From Camelus dromedarius (Eukaryota): a DNA stretch of 64,000 nt. The DNA is taken from positions 45,386,001-45,450,000 of the forward strand of contig NC_087447.1 in NCBI RefSeq assembly GCF_036321535.1. The letters are read 5' to 3'. The translations under genes and the position numbers were made by a program. Each line of letters begins with the position of its first letter. Positions within the stretch are counted from its first letter, which is position 1. Positions 1-14,599 of this stretch are shown in pieces. The notes beneath the pieces are model-generated. The model was not told the origin of the DNA. It saw only the letters and a list, made by a program, of their open reading frames with translations, and made no database searches.

Positions 1-1915
1 AAAAATCTCATAGAACACATGGGTCTTTGCATTTCTATACAGGGAGAGGACAGGATGGATCAGGGTTTCTACTGAGTGATTTTTACTGGAGTTTATTCAA
101 GAAAAAAAATATCAGCCATTTCTAAGTCAACAGCTAAACAAAATACTCAAGATAACACATAAATTATAATAAGAAACAATGAGTTAGAATTGGAGAATTA
201 GCAAAAGGCACAAATATAAAGGGAGAATAATGAACAACTGGATTCCCCTCTGAGCTAAGAGCAATGCTACATTGAAAAACGAAGGTTTTTTTCAGCTTAA
301 ATAGCACTTCTTCTAAGGATTTTTCCAGATCCTAAATATACCTGGTATGCTCCCCTCACAGCACACTAGCTTTCATGCAGTGATGACTGTGTTATGTAAA
401 TTTGTGGAAATATTTTTTTCCTAGCCCCCACTGAATTTTGAAGTTCTGTGAATGAAATGAACAAGTCCACCACCCTGAACTTGGCACAAATGGGCAATAA
501 TCTGAATATAAACAGAGTAATATTAAGACACAATATAAGATGTCCTTTATGCACATGGCTGTTCACAGATCCACTGAGGTTTCTGTGGGTCAGAACTGAT
601 TTCCCCACAGAAACAGGAAAGATAAAAATGCAATTGGGATTCACAAATTCTAAGACCTAGGAACAAAGGCACATATGTCTCTTGAGAGGAACTACTCTCC
701 TCTGACCTTTAGGTAACAGTAAGATGTGCATGGATTTCCTAAATCCTGATGCTTAGATCATAAAGTCACAGCCTCACACTTGTGTGGCATTCCCACAGGG
801 GGTCAACCTTGGCATCCTCACACCAGTGTGACATTTGAATTTTCATTTTCCTAATACATCCTTGGGGAATCAAAGACTTGGAGACATTGTTTAAGTGTCT
901 CCCAGAAGAAGAAAGAGGAGGGCCATCAAAGAATCTCCCAAGTGGCAGGAAAGTTCATACTCTGGAGAGGTGACTTCTACATACAAAAACTCTCTAACCT
1001 AGACTCCTCAAGAGTTTTTGAGATGGAAAGATCTGGACCAAGTCCTCAAATAAGACAGAAACAAGGAACCATTTCAGCAACAAGACTGTGGTGTGGATGA
1101 GTGCCAGGAACGGAAATACGAAATGACTCCTCTCCCTGATGATGTTAGATGCAGGCAAGAGAAAAAGAAAGAAAGATTTTCCAGAGGCCTGCACAGTGGG
1201 GCATACACCACCTGGGATGGTCAACACCTATAGCACAGCCCTTTCATTAGGACAAATGTGTCAAGGCAGGTTTGGAATCTCTAATAGGGGACACATGGAT
1301 GGGCTTCAGAAAAACTGTAAATGCGTTTCATCTAAGGGTGACATGTCTGCTCTTCTCCATTTTCTCCACAGAAGGTTTATGTCTTTTGTTAGAATTCTAT
1401 AAAACACTGACATTCAATTTAAAAACAAAACAAACATTTTCTAACAAAATGTTCTCTATCATGATTGTGAAATAGAAAATTAAAATCAAGATTAAGTATA
1501 TCGAAAAATTATCACCAAACAAAACAATAGTCTAGTAAAGCAAAATTACTGTCCATTTCTATATATTTATCTTCTCTTTTTGTTACCATTATTGCTTCAT
1601 ACATTTTCTAGTGTATGCATAAGAGTGGAGCCTGGTGTTTCTTTTAATTGAGAAAATGTTTGCCATTAACCGAACATTGTACACAGCTTAGGAAAAGACC
1701 TTCATCCTTACCCTTAGTACAGCCTCTGTAGCTCTATTTCTCTTCTACAAGAAAATAATTTCAAAGACATACGTATACAAAGTAATTATCCTAACTACAA
1801 AGATTGTGATTGAGGCTACTGTGATATATTCCCACGAGGTGACAGTGCCAACTGAAAAACCTGGGTTCCTGGGTAGAAGGTTTCTAGAAGGCTGCTCTCC
1901 CTCTGTGCACATACT

Positions 1916-3359
1916 ATGTGGCCCAAGAGGAGTGCTGCCCCCTTTCTGCTGACTGGCTTCCCAGGTCTGGAGGCAGCCCATCACTGGATCTCCATCCCCT
2001 TCTTTGCAGTCTACATCTCTGTGCTTCTTGGCAATGGTACCCTCCTCTACCTCATCAAGGATGACCATGGTCTTCATGAACCCATGTACTATTTCCTTGC
2101 CATGCTGGCAGGCACAGATCTTGCCGGGGCCAGCTGGCAAATCAACAGGTCCTGATAGCATGGCTGAGAGACTGAGAAAGAAAGAGACAAGACAAAGAGT
2201 GGGGTCGAGAGGGATGCACTTCAAGCCTGCAAGACGCTAGGCTAAAAGTTGCCGTCCGCTTTATTTTTAAAGTTACTTATATACTATTTCTACTTTTATT
2301 GATTTACTACATGTCCAGTTGTATAAGACAAATGTCTCAATCTTTAAGGTTTACAAATTCTAGCAAAACATTTTAACTATAGCTTTTAAGATCCTTATCA
2401 CTCCGGCCATAAACTAGATCCTACTTACCTAAATTCCTTAACCTCTCTGAAGCAGAGCATCTTAAAGAAAAACATTTGGTGGCTATATATCTTTATTAAC
2501 TCTCGGGGTGGCGGGACAGGGAATGTCTCTTTGATCATTCCCAGAGCCCTGCTTCCAGCACTTTAAGGTTTTTAGGCCTTTTGTCTTTGCTTTCAGCCCT
2601 CAGGTTATGAGGTGGCTCCCCGCAGATCTGATGGTGACATTGACCACGATGCCAACAGTAATGGGTGTCTTATGGGTGAATCACCGAGACATAAGCCATG
2701 GGGCCTGCTTCCTGCAGGCCTATTTCATTCACTCCCTTTCCATTGTAGAATCAGGTGTCTTGCTTGCCATGGCCTATGACCGTTTCATTGCCATCCGCAC
2801 CCCTCTGAGGTACAACTCCATTCTTACCAATTCTCGGGTGATGAAGGTAGGATTGGGGGTAATAATAAGGGGCTTTTTATCGCTTGTGCCCCCAATTCTG
2901 CTGCTTTTTTGGTTCCCATATTGCCATTCCCATGTTCTTTCCCATGCCTTTTGCCTCCATCAGGATGTCATGAAACTCGCCTGTGCCGATATTACCTTTA
3001 ATCATGTATACCCAGTTATTCTGGTTGCTTTGACTTTCTTCCTAGATGCTCTGATTATCTTCTTCTCTTATATCCTCATCCTTAAGACAGTGATGGTCAT
3101 TGCCTCAGGAGAGGCACGAGCTAAGGCCCTCAACACGTGTGTCTCCCATATCAGCTGTGTCCTAGTCTTTTACATCACAGTGATTGGCCTGACTTTCATC
3201 CACAGGTTTGGGAAGCATGCCCCACATGTGGTCCACGTTACCATGAGCTATGTCTACTTTCTCTTTCCTCCATTCATGAACCCCATAATATACAGCATCA
3301 AGACCAAGCAGATTCAGAGAAGCATTGTTTGCCTATTTTCTGTGCACAGTAGGGCTTGA
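1916..3359 (+). pseudogene. Class I olfactory receptor, OR51B subfamily (OR51B2/OR51B4-like), ORF interrupted by a solo LTR at 2122-2624
   Basis: OR motifs [30 protein letters not shown] and [10 protein letters not shown] are present. Joining 1916-2121 to 2630-3359 (removing the insert and one GATCT copy) gives 936 nt, an uninterrupted 311-aa receptor (...[11 protein letters not shown]...). OR51B genes are the known 5' neighbours of the beta-globin LCR. Confidence 0.92.
2122..2624 (-). mobile_element. Endogenous retrovirus solo LTR (betaretrovirus/ERV2-like), 503 bp
   Basis: TG...CA termini (minus strand TGCGGGGAGC...CCCCGGCA). Flanking direct repeat GATCT at 2117-2121 and 2625-2629. Minus-strand TATATAA (2277-2283) is followed closely by AATAAA (2260-2265). 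Family assignment is inferred from this layout. Confidence 0.8.
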
Positions 3360-6039
3360 GACTCTATTTCAGAATCTTGAGATCTCTAGGATTTTTTTGC
3401 CTTTCCTATTATTGGAAGAGAACCTAGTTTTTATACGCATACTTTTTTTACACTTATACCTTTTTTTTCAGAGATAGATGAGATTTTTAATTATTACATA
3501 AATCTAGACATTGACTTGAACAGATAGAGAATCCTTCATTAGAATATTTATTATAGCATATACAATATATTATATATTTTAATCTGCATGTGAGAATATG
3601 CATATTAGAATATATAATACTATGTTAGAATATGTATAATATATATTGCAATAAAGAGTATAAGTGCCAGTGACCTTGGGGAAAGGGATATAGGAAAGAG
3701 TGAGATGGGACATTTCAGATCCTGTCTGTAAAGGAAGAATAAGCACTACTTTAGAAAACATCAAGATAAGCTGACTAAAATAGCCTGGTTCAAACATGGG
3801 TGATCTGAAAAAAGAGGTAGTTTGGAGGTACATTTTGTGTATTCTATACAAAAAAATTAGAATGACATATTTATCATTTTCTCGTATCTATGTTTTGTAT
3901 CTAACTGTATTGGAAATGCTGTTGCTCTGTAAGGAAACAAACTTTGGAGAGGAAAATTAGCAAATGTACAGAATTCTAGAAAGCTTATTTCTGAAACTTC
4001 AGTCTCCCTTAGCATATCCATGTATTTTATCATTAGAGGGAAACTGATACGATTAAGACTTCAATAGCAACCAACTAATCTCCTATCAGCTAGTTGAAGC
4101 CAGATTCCCCATCAATCCTTTCCTTCATTCCAAAGGCTGCTGTACACCCACGCAACTAATTTTCTTCTTTTCAGCTTTCTACTGTACCTCCTGATATTTC
4201 ACCCCAGGTTTCCATCTCTCCTCCCTTGCTTCTTACATAAAAGAACTCAGGGCTTTTTTACTTTACGACATTTTCCTGCTAATCAGGGCAGAAAACCTGG
4301 CAAAAGTAATGTTATGCACTGATAACAATAGTTTCTTCCTTCAACCTTCTTCGAACTCTTTAAGTCTTTATGCTGTTCATTTTGGTTGAACTGTGGTCTA
4401 CAGTCTATTGTTAATGTTATAGATAATTAACTTATTCATCTACTGTTAGTTCTGTGCTATTAAATGGATCTAGTTTGGTTATGAGTAGGTGGCCAAAAAA
4501 GTTATAATGTTCATTGCTCTCTGAAGACTGCTGTTTCTTTCTATTTCTAAGCTGATTCTTCTACTTGAACCTCCTTCCCACATTCTATTTGCTGATTGAA
4601 AACTTATGGAAATAATCAGTCCAGTCTAGATTCTCTCTGTCTCACCTAAGGGACTCTCCATACTGATGTTCTCTCGAGGCAGTGAGCACTCTAAGAATAT
4701 TCCAGTAACTTCAACAGGGAAAAAACTCATCTATCATTTTCACTGGAGAAAGCTAGTATCAGTTGCCTCCACTTTCATTATCCTCTCCCTAAATGCAGTG
4801 TATACAGAGATGCATTGTCTAACAATGAAGAGCCAGTGAATCCTCAATGTGAAAAATATGACATATAAGATTTACTGTATTATTTAGAAACATGTATAAG
4901 CAATAGAAGTTGCAGGTAGAGAAATTGACTCTGGCTCTTTTAAGCTAGTAATTGGATTCCAATTGGCATTTAATTGGAAGAATATTAGGGTGGCATTCAG
5001 AATTACTCGCAAAATGTTCAGGCAACAAGGCATTTCCCATGAAACAAGTAGTAAATGTCCATCAATTCTCTTTTAGCAGAAACAGGATCTACTTCTGCAG
5101 CTATGAACCTGAGTCCTGAGGACACCACTGTTACAACGTCCATTCTGTACACGTTAGTCTTTTCTTTTCATATCAGTTTTGAATCAAGTTATAGGATTCA
5201 ATTTGCTTTGTTTTAATCATTTTTGAACCAAGTTGTAGAATCTACATATTAGAGCCTGGATGAGACTGTGCCCTGGATTTGGGGGTTGGGGAGAGCAAAA
5301 TTCTCCTTTTCGCTTCTGTGGTGGGGCGGAACTAATCAAAAATGAAATGGTAAATAATGAGAGATTCCTTCAAATTTGGAGGGATATTTGGATACAGAAC
5401 AACTCAAAACTAATACATGTCTACTCCTGCAGCATTTAGTCATTATGCATCTGGTTAGCGATGGTCCTTGGAAAGCTGGACATGAGGGTTCTATTCATTG
5501 TTATTTTGGTTTTGGTTGTCTTTCTCTACATACCACTTATTCTTATGAAGTTGATATATTGCGTGTATTTCATTTAGGGACATAGGTTTCTAGTTACCTT
5601 TGCCATTTAGTCTGAAATGGGCATCATTCTAAAAAAATGAACTATATATAGGGAAACTGCACCCCAATTGAGCACTACAAGGATGTCAAGAAAATAAAAA
5701 GTTTGGTGGTGGAAAACATTTAAGTCATGTAAAAGATTTTTGTAAAAATGGCAAATGCAATGTATTGCCCTATTTCCAAAAAATTATTAGAAAGGGAGCT
5801 ACAGTGTTGTTCCCTTGATTGTTATAAGAAGACAGCCTACAGCGATAAATGTGGGACACAAATTTAGAGGCAATGTGCTAGAAAAAAATTAGGTTGCAGA
5901 ACTCTTATGTTCAGAAAAAGAAACAGATATCTAAATATAAATAAGAAGTTACTGGGATCAAGTTGAGAACCCAAATTTACTAACTTAGTAACAAGTGATG
6001 CCATAATATGATTTTACAATCTATTAATCTTTAAGCAGC

Positions 6040-6190
6040 CTGTATCAATAGCACAGGGAACTATATTCAATAGTTTATAGTAACCTGGAATGAAAAAGAA
6101 TGGGTACATATACATGTATAATTGAATCACTATGCTGTATACCAGAAACTAACACAACACTGTAAATCAACTATGCTTCAATAAAAAATG
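6040..6190 (+). mobile_element. LINE-1 3' end fragment
   Basis: atagcacagggaactatattcaa...tgaatcactatgctgtataccagaaactaacacaacactgtaaatcaactat...aataaaaa, typical cetartiodactyl L1 3'UTR. Confidence 0.7.
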
Positions 6191-6944
6191 GGAAAAAATC
6201 AGTGGAGATAAACGACAGAATGAGTATTGAAAATTACTGATTTTTAAAAATAAATGTACATGTATAGATTTTAATTTTAAATAAAACTCTTAGCATATGC
6301 ATTCTTTTTTTTATAATTCCTTGCTTTGAAAAAAAAACTTTTCATTAATAAATCAATAGTTACCTACTGATCCAGTCATATATAAGGATATTTACAGTAC
6401 AATTTAAGTAAACACAGTGTCTTTCCATACAAGTGCAGCTTTGAGACAAGTCTCTTAGTCTCCGTTTTTCCTCTGACCTCTACCACTTGTTTTGCTAAAC
6501 CTATAACCCTCCTACACAGAAAGATCTTGAGTTAGTACTGACCTGAAAGCAGGAGGCATGTCTATGCTTTCCTCTGGAGAGATTATCAAGTCAGGACAGT
6601 TTAATCCCTAGCATACCCTGAGTTCAGCCAGGGCAGTAATTGTGTTTCCCCATCAGCTTGTGGTCTTCCCAAAGATGACTACCTGCCATTCTCTAACCCT
6701 CCAAAGCTGTTATTGTAGTCCTTTAAAAAGCATGTTATTTGTGGAGTCTGGCTAGGGTTGATTTATTTAATTTGTGACAGACTTCAATTTCTTACAGTCA
6801 TAGCAAACATCCTGGTTCAGGCATTATTCCAAGAATTATACATGAATTAATCTGTTGCATGTTCATGATCATTTAGCAGTTCTTAAGAAGGGCCCCCCAA
6901 AATCTAAGCAACACTGAACTTTCAAACATCCTGTGTTTTTTAAA

Positions 6945-7120
6945 TTTATTTTTAAAATTTTTATTGAAGTATAGTCAGTTTACAATGTTGTATCAATTTC
7001 TGGTGTACAGCATTAGTGTTTCAGTAATACATATACACACATATATTCATTTTCATATTCTTTTTCATTATAGGTTACTACAAGGTATTGAATATAGTTC
7101 CCTGTGCTATAAAAAAGAAA
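6945..7120 (-). mobile_element. LINE-1 3' end fragment
   Basis: T-rich tail followed by attgaagtatagtcagtttacaatgttg...tatagttccctgtgctata; same family as other copies in the window. Confidence 0.7.
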
Positions 7121-10100
7121 CCTGTGGTCAAACATCCTGTTTATGGATACAGAATTTGTCAATTACTTAACAATTCTGATTTATGAATGGGAAGTGATCG
7201 TTTCAGACATTTCATGATGTAAACATGGTAATGAAGATGTTCTGATTTTTCTTTCCTTTACTTATATTTTTGCCTGAAATGTGAAAAATATATTAATACC
7301 ACCACATTTTCAAACATTTTACTAAACCTCTTAAAAGGCCCTTTCTCTAGATCTGTCCTCTTCCCCTTCCTTTGTGGGTGGTTTGTGAGCATGGGCATGA
7401 CTCTGCATACACCTGTGTGTGTGCGTGTGTGAGTGGGGTGTCTCCAGAAACACTCTCTGGCCATGGGATCTTCCCCAGTCCTCACCTCAGTCCCCAGTTT
7501 CTCCATCTGTGAAACAAGGTTATTGGACCTTCTCTCTCAATCTCTCACTCTCTTTCCTCTCTCTTAATTAGCATACCATAAAACTTACTAATGCAGGATG
7601 CAGAGCACTTCCCACATCCTAACATAACTCCCTCTCACTATGTTTTACAGTTATACTCTTCACCCCAACCCCTGACAATCACGTTTGTTTTTTAAAAAAT
7701 GTCATATGAAAAATCATGTGACATGCAGTTTTTTTAAAGATTAACTTCTTTCACTTAGCACAATGCCTTTGAAATTCATTTAAGTTGTTGTGTTTGTCAA
7801 TAGTTTATTCCCCTTTCATTGTTGAGAGGTAGTTCTTATATGGATATTCCATTACACGGATATTAACTGTTTTCCTGTCCTTTCCTGTCATAAAAGTTTC
7901 CAAGTAATTTTTAATTGGTTTGTGTGAGCCTCCACTCACGTTCCACTTTGATCGCCCTTTCCCTGTCTGTAAGACATTTCCCTCAGCCAGAAATCTCCCA
8001 CAACCAAATTTTAGATGCCAGATCCTCCTATCTTTGTCCCTCTCTTACTCATGCACCTTCTAGAAATCCCACGTTCCTCGGTGTTTCTATATTATATATG
8101 TATATGTAATATATATAAAATTTCTCTCCTTATTTCCTGTCCATCTTATGGACGTGCTTTCATGAGACATCTTCCCCAAGCACTCCCTTTATCTGACTTC
8201 TTACCGATTCCCTTTAGAGCACTCACTAGCCTTGGCTCCTCTGATAGCCCACCCCAGCCTCTTGGCATGATTGTCAAACGTTATCACTGCTGAACAGCTG
8301 GATCCAAAAGTATTGTTGACAGATAGGGCAAGGGAACAAAACTAGCATAATGAACTGTGATAGGGATAAGCATAGGTACTGCCCTTAAGATTAAGCTTCA
8401 ACTCTATAACTTTAAGTGGGAAATAAGGTATCTGTAAGGGGGCTTGAAAAGCTGAGGTGTGGAATCTGGCTCCTCACAGGAGCTCAGTGTATACCGGTAA
8501 TAGGATAAAGTCAATTACATAGTCAAATCTTACTGTTACTACTCAATGCCCTGAGAGCTTCAAACCTTTATCTAATTCATCTTCACAAAAATTCTTAAGC
8601 TTTTGTTGTTGTTCTGCCTAGAGCATTGGGCTTTGATTTGAGTAACTTTTCATTACAGTTCCTAATATACAGATGAAGAGATTGAGACTTAGGTGGGTTC
8701 CTTGGATAAGTTAAGGACTTTACCCAAAATCATACATCATGAAATTTAATAAGATAATATCAATACAAAAAGAGTTTGTGGTACAAGTGAGGGGAAAGTT
8801 TTCTGTCTTTGGTGTTCTGGTCAGATGAAAACAGAATAGTTAGTCCATGTGTCACACTTTAAAAGGGACTTTGCACACCTGCTGACGACTTGGGTGAGGA
8901 GTATAAAACATGAGGTATCACATCCAAAGGGCATGTGAGGGTGGGTGACCCTAAGAAGAAGGAGATTGGCAAGGCAATGTTTATGAGAATACGTAAGATC
9001 CACATCATGCCTGACTGTGTGAATGGGCTATATGTCTGAACAGTGTGTGAGCAACGTGGGCCTGTTTGCTCGTAAGTCCTCCCGTGCGCCTAGAGGTGTC
9101 AACTACTTTGTCTGTGGATGTCTGTTTCTCTGTAATCTCTATGCCTGGGCATCACTGTCTACTTCCCTGAATCTCAATGGTTAAGTGTGTATCATAGTAA
9201 ACATCTAATAAATACCTGAGGGATCATTCAAAATTTACCCATTCACCAAAATTCATTGTCTAAATTCATTAAGTGTAACAGGTCTTACAATAGGTACTTG
9301 AGAAACAAAGGTGAATTAAATATAATCCCTAACTTAAAGGGCTGTGTAGCCGAGTTAGGGAGAAAGATGTGCAAACACAGATTTGATATACGTAGAAATG
9401 AGCTATAAAAAATGCAGCATATTCATCAGAAGTTTTGGGGATCATAGAAAGGATGGTCAGCTCACACTGTCAGAGGCAGATCAGAGTTCACTAATATGGA
9501 GTGACTTTAAAAGAGAAAATGTACAGAAATTCCCTTTCTGTGTCTTATCACATTGTCATGGTGGAACAGATGAAGACAACAAACACATTTTGAAAGGTGA
9601 TATTTATGCCGGTTAGATGTTTTAACCTAAACTTGCCTTTGAGTGCTGAAAATGCATCCATTAACCTATTATTAAATATGAATTGAGGTAGGAATCTATA
9701 CCTACAAAAGAACTGGAGAGAGGAAAACAGTTAACGGTGACAAAGGCTTTATAATTACAGACAGAAATTGAGAAGGGATTAGAAGAACTAAAGTTCATAT
9801 AAAGAAAATGAGATGGGTAGATAACAGATCTATATAAAAGTGGCATTTTGATGAAAAAATAACAATTCCTATTCTGTGTTCCTTTATATAAAATAACTAA
9901 AATCTATTGTGGGAAGTTACAAGAAGGTACATTTTTAGAGCAATATAGGAAAGACATCTTCAACAATCGGAGTTGTCCACTAATGGAACAGACTATCTCA
10001 TAGATTGCCCACCACCATAAATATCTGAGAAAAAGCAGCAAAATTATTTACCAGCATTTAAATATTCAGGCAAAACGTAGATGATTGTACAAAGCCTCTA

Positions 10101-11569
10101 AATGTCCTATGAACTCTGAGATTCTCAAATTGTTCGGAACTTTCTTGAACATTTTTTATGCAAGTGCATACATTATATGCCAATCAGAAACCTCTGGACA
10201 TGACTGGGGATTTCCCATTTGTGACTTTGTTCTTGCTGCTTCCTTTAGAAATAGCTCTTGTTTTTATTTCCCTGACACCCTTTCCCACAGTCTACCTCAA
10301 ATGAATAAGCACAATATGTTCTCTCCTCTTTTAAATTTGCATTGAACCTTATTTCTACAGAAGAAACTTTATTCTTCTTTGTAACAAATGATTGGTACTT
10401 AGAGTATTTATCCATTGAAAACTAGGAACTAGCTTTCAAAATACTTCTAGATGAACCACGCTTTACTCTATGTAGGAAGAAAGGAGGTTTATCTAATGCC
10501 AGCCCACAAGTCAATCCATAGAGCAGTGTGCCTGTCCATTGGCATGGTTCCCGAAAGTTCTGAGTGAGAGTTCTCCTCGGCATTCTGCTCATCACCATGT
10601 GGGTATAGGATGAACAGCTTCTCTTGAGAAACATGTAAAGGATCTTTGCACTTTCCCTAAATCCACTGGTTGCAAATTTATTTGTCTCACGTTTGAACTT
10701 TGACCCAGATTTCTGAATAGATTTAAGACAAAAGGCCTCTGCAGTGCCTTTACCAGTCACGCCCAAGGTGACTCACACCAAGAATCTTCTACTTCAATCT
10801 CACAGGCATCCCTAGCTCTCCCTGCCTGGATCCCCACCCCCTCGGTTTCTCTACACGTCCCCGTGGGCAGCACGGCCATTCTGGCCAATGTCAGGAAGGA
10901 TCCTTCCCTGATGAACTGATGTTCCTTTCCACATGGGCTTAAATGCATCTGGTCTTTAGTTCTACCCATCCTCCCCACAGTTATGGGATCCTGTGTTTCA
11001 GTGCCACAGAGTTTAGCTTTCAAGCTTATGTCCAATAATGTTTCCTCCTTATATTATCCTTTATGGAATCCTCTGTACTGATGGCCAAACCCTTTGACTA
11101 CCATGTGGGTACCTGCTCCTACCTGCGTTATGCCGCCATCTTTACTGCCAGAGTCATCTGCATGGTTAGCATCACAATCATTGGCTGTTATATCCTCCCT
11201 GTTCTTTTCTTCTATGAAGAGCTAACAGCTTTTCACTTCCTGCTCCCACATCTCTCTCCTTGAAAAAATGTTACTTTTGCCATGCCGTTCTCTGGAAGGG
11301 ACTAACTTTCTTTTTCTCTTTTCAGAAAAAGACCTATGTTAAACCCTTGACAACATAATTCCATTCTGTATTCTTTATTCCTACCTCTACCCATCTGTGA
11401 TCCTATGTCCTGGCTCCAACTTCTCACACCCTCAATACACACACCAGGGTATTTCAAAGATAATAACACTAATAACACTCCTTGTAATAGTAATAATAAT
11501 CTAATTATTCTGCTGACTCTATGTACAAGGCATGAACAATATGCTAACTCATTATTTAAAATTTATTTT

Positions 11570-11655
11570 TCTTTTTCCCTTAACAGAGGCACTGGGGATC
11601 GAACACAGGACCTCATGCACACCAAGCACGTGCTCTATCACTGAGCTCTACCCCC
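11570..11655 (-). mobile_element. Camelid tRNA-derived SINE (vic-1 type), diverged
   Basis: Reverse complement of GGGGGTAGAGCTCAGTGATAGAGCACGTGCTT...GAGGTCCTGTGTTCGATCCCCAGTGCCTC, with Pol III A and B boxes. Confidence 0.7.
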
Positions 11656-12637
11656 AACCCCCACCTCATTATTAATTCTGTGAGTCAGGTACTATTGTAA
11701 CCCCCTTTCTACAGATGTGGAGACAGAATTACAGAGATACAAAATGATTTTAGATATTAGCCTGTCTTCTTTTACCCCAGGATTGCAGAAAAGATAATAT
11801 TACCTTCAATTTAATGTAATGGAAAGAGCTTTTTCAAGAGTTAAAGAAACAAATATTGAATATTTTTTTCCCCACACCTCCATCACTCTTCCCTTCCTCT
11901 TCTCCCTCCCTCTCCATCAGAGCCTCCTCCTCCCCCAAATATCATAAATATATTTGGAAATAGTCACGCTAGACAGCTAAGACTGATTTCCTCCAAGGAG
12001 AGGAATGAGATTAGGAAGGTAAGGCTGCATGAGACCTTTCAATTTTTAGTTTATATGTATTTGTATTGTTAGAGTACTCTATAAGTGAAATTATTTTCTA
12101 GCTATATAAATGTTTGGATATTTTCTTACATATTCTAAGTTATACTTTACTCATTTGGAAAAGGGGGAGAAACGCTCACTGTGTAGTATATTAATGATTG
12201 AGATATTGCATATAAAACTCAGAGCAGTAATTGATATGCTGAAGGTGCTTAAATATATATATTAATAGGTAACATTTATAAGGTTCTTACTTTATGCTAG
12301 TCTCTATAATAAATCTGTTGATGCATTAGATCATTAAGTTCTAATTTAAACACTAGATGGCAAACACATCCGAATTTCATACTAAAGATCTCCAAATTCA
12401 TGTAAGTTAAATTGCTCAATGTCATATACATGTTCCAAAGACTAAACTCAAATTGCAGTTTGTCTAATTTTAGATGCTGTCCTCCTCCACATAACACTAT
12501 TCTGCTATTTTGAAAATTATTATTATTCTGTGGTTATCATGGGGATACTGAATTACAGAGAGGATGGAGTTTACGCCCTCAAAAGCATCTCAAAATTAAG
12601 CAGTTGACAAGAAACCAGAGACTTGTAGGGTATCTGG

Positions 12638-12656
12638 TGACCACAAGGGAGCGGCA
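12638..12656 (+). promoter_or_regulatory. Candidate 5'HS5 CTCF site
   Basis: TGACCACAAGGGAGCGGCA has 2 mismatches to CCASYAGRKGGCRS. It lies about 2 kb upstream of HS4 in forward orientation, as expected for HS5. Confidence 0.45.
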
Positions 12657-13020
12657 GAGTTGTACTTCCACAATCCGGAAAACACATGAAGCCCCGAGCA
12701 GTTCCATACTGTTCTACACACTAAGTTTTTTGTTATATTTATGAATGAATGAATGAATGAAGAAATATGATAGATAGATGGATAGATTAATATATACATG
12801 AATTAAATGCTTCCCTTCATAATTGTTTCCCTACTGTATAAAAAGCCCTAGTCTCAGATCTGAGATACATAGTCTTCCTTAATTTATCAGTGTCTACTTT
12901 AGAATTTAACATCAAAAGAAGACAAAGTATTTTTTTAAAAAACAATTTCTGATCCACAACTCATGCTTCATAGATGATTGGACTAAAAAGTTTCAAGAGC
13001 ATGTTAATTCAGAATGAACA

Positions 13021-13357
13021 GTATGATACCACTTAAGTGTGAAATCAAAAAATAATACAAGTAAGTGTATGTGCAAAACAGAAAGAGACCCACAGACATA
13101 GAAAACAAACTAGTGGTTACCAGTGGGGAGAGGGAAGGGGGAGAGACAAATTAGGTGTATGAGATTAAGAGATACAAACTACTATGTATAAAATAGATAA
13201 GTAACAAGGATATATTATATAGCACAAAGAATCAAAGCCATTATCTTGTAATAACTTTTAATGAAGTATAATCTGTAAAATGCTGAATCACTATGCTGTA
13301 CACCTGAAACTAATATTGCAAATCAACTGTACTTCAACAAAAAAGAAAAAGAAAAAA
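13021..13357 (+). mobile_element. LINE-1 3' fragment
   Basis: L1 3'UTR sequence ending in an A-rich tail; candidate TSD GAATGAACA at 13012-13020 and 13362-13370. Confidence 0.75.
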
Positions 13358-14599
13358 TGGGGAATGAACACGAATATCTCCTCTTTTCCCTGAATCTGAG
13401 ATCCCAGCTTCTCAACATTTTCAGCCCCACTCCTACTATGACAGGCCTCATAAGCAGGCAGGAAAGTTGAACTTGTAGACAGAGAACAGTATGTCAGCCG
13501 CCAAAGTCACAGTCCCAAAGCTGAGTCTTCTCTCATTCTGAAGGTGGGTAGGGGTCATTCTATGCTGACTTCAGGCAACAGGATAAGGACTTGGCTGCAG
13601 TTTTTTTATGAGAAATAATATCTACCACCAGGCAGTGTTTCATTGTCTGTTTGTTTATGGTTTGGGGTCTTTGTTTTTTTTTTGCTTTTGGGGGATTTTT
13701 TGGGTTTTTTTTTTTTATTTGTTTTTTTGGACCACTAGTTCTTTGCAGAGACTTCTACCTGACGACAGTTAAACAGGAACTATAGGACCTCAGACGACTC
13801 ATTCCAATCCAGTTTCCATGGTTATAAAGAGCCAAGCTCTCTTGAGTTGTTAAAAATTGAATTCTGACCTCCATCCCGACCCAGCCCTAGTTACTTTTTT
13901 TTGAACATTAACGATGTATTGTTCACTGTTTACTATCCTTCAGTCAGGGTCAGGACACAGTCATTAAAATACTCATCTGCAAAGCCTTTCTTTGATTTTC
14001 TATCCTGTGTCAGGCCTAGGACTAGGTGCTGTATATACATCATCACAATAATTTTGGTAGTTTCATAATATTTATATTATTGACAAAAAACTGAGGTCTA
14101 GAGATGATAGGATTTATTTTCTGAACTTGTATGGCTTTCTCTTTTATTCACCATAATGTAATCTTCCCAGACACTAACAATTAAAAACTACTGTGAATTT
14201 GTACAAACTCTAAGAAAGTTGTTGTGATATTAAATCTATTATCAATTTGTGGAAAGAAGATTATTACACTTTTTCCATTGAGCCATTGATGTAAGAGGAA
14301 CAGAAAAAAAAAATCAAAAGAGTAAATTTTTCAATGATTCCTTTACTTTTATGCCAAGACAAGCATGCGGACCTAGTAGGATGGCTATTGTCTGTGACTG
14401 GTGTGTGGGGCAAGACAAGGGTTTGGACCAGACAGCCTGTAGTGCAAAGACCTCACCATCACTCTGTGAGCAGAGAGCTCTTTGCGGCTCAGGCACACAA
14501 AAAGGGAAGTAGGGTATACAGAGATCTCTAGCACCTCTCCTTTTCTCAGAGGGGAAATAATCATAGCCTGAGTTTATGGACTATGAGTCCTTACTCCTC

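Noticed and set aside
2149..2596. Splicing out most of the LTR (GT 2149 to AG 2596) would restore the OR frame
   Set aside because: The donor GTCCTG is very weak and the product would carry about 20 extra residues in TM2; no support from sequence alone
2607..3359. 250-aa ORF as a stand-alone olfactory receptor
   Set aside because: Its ATG lies inside the LTR and it lacks TM1 and part of TM2; it is the 3' part of the split gene
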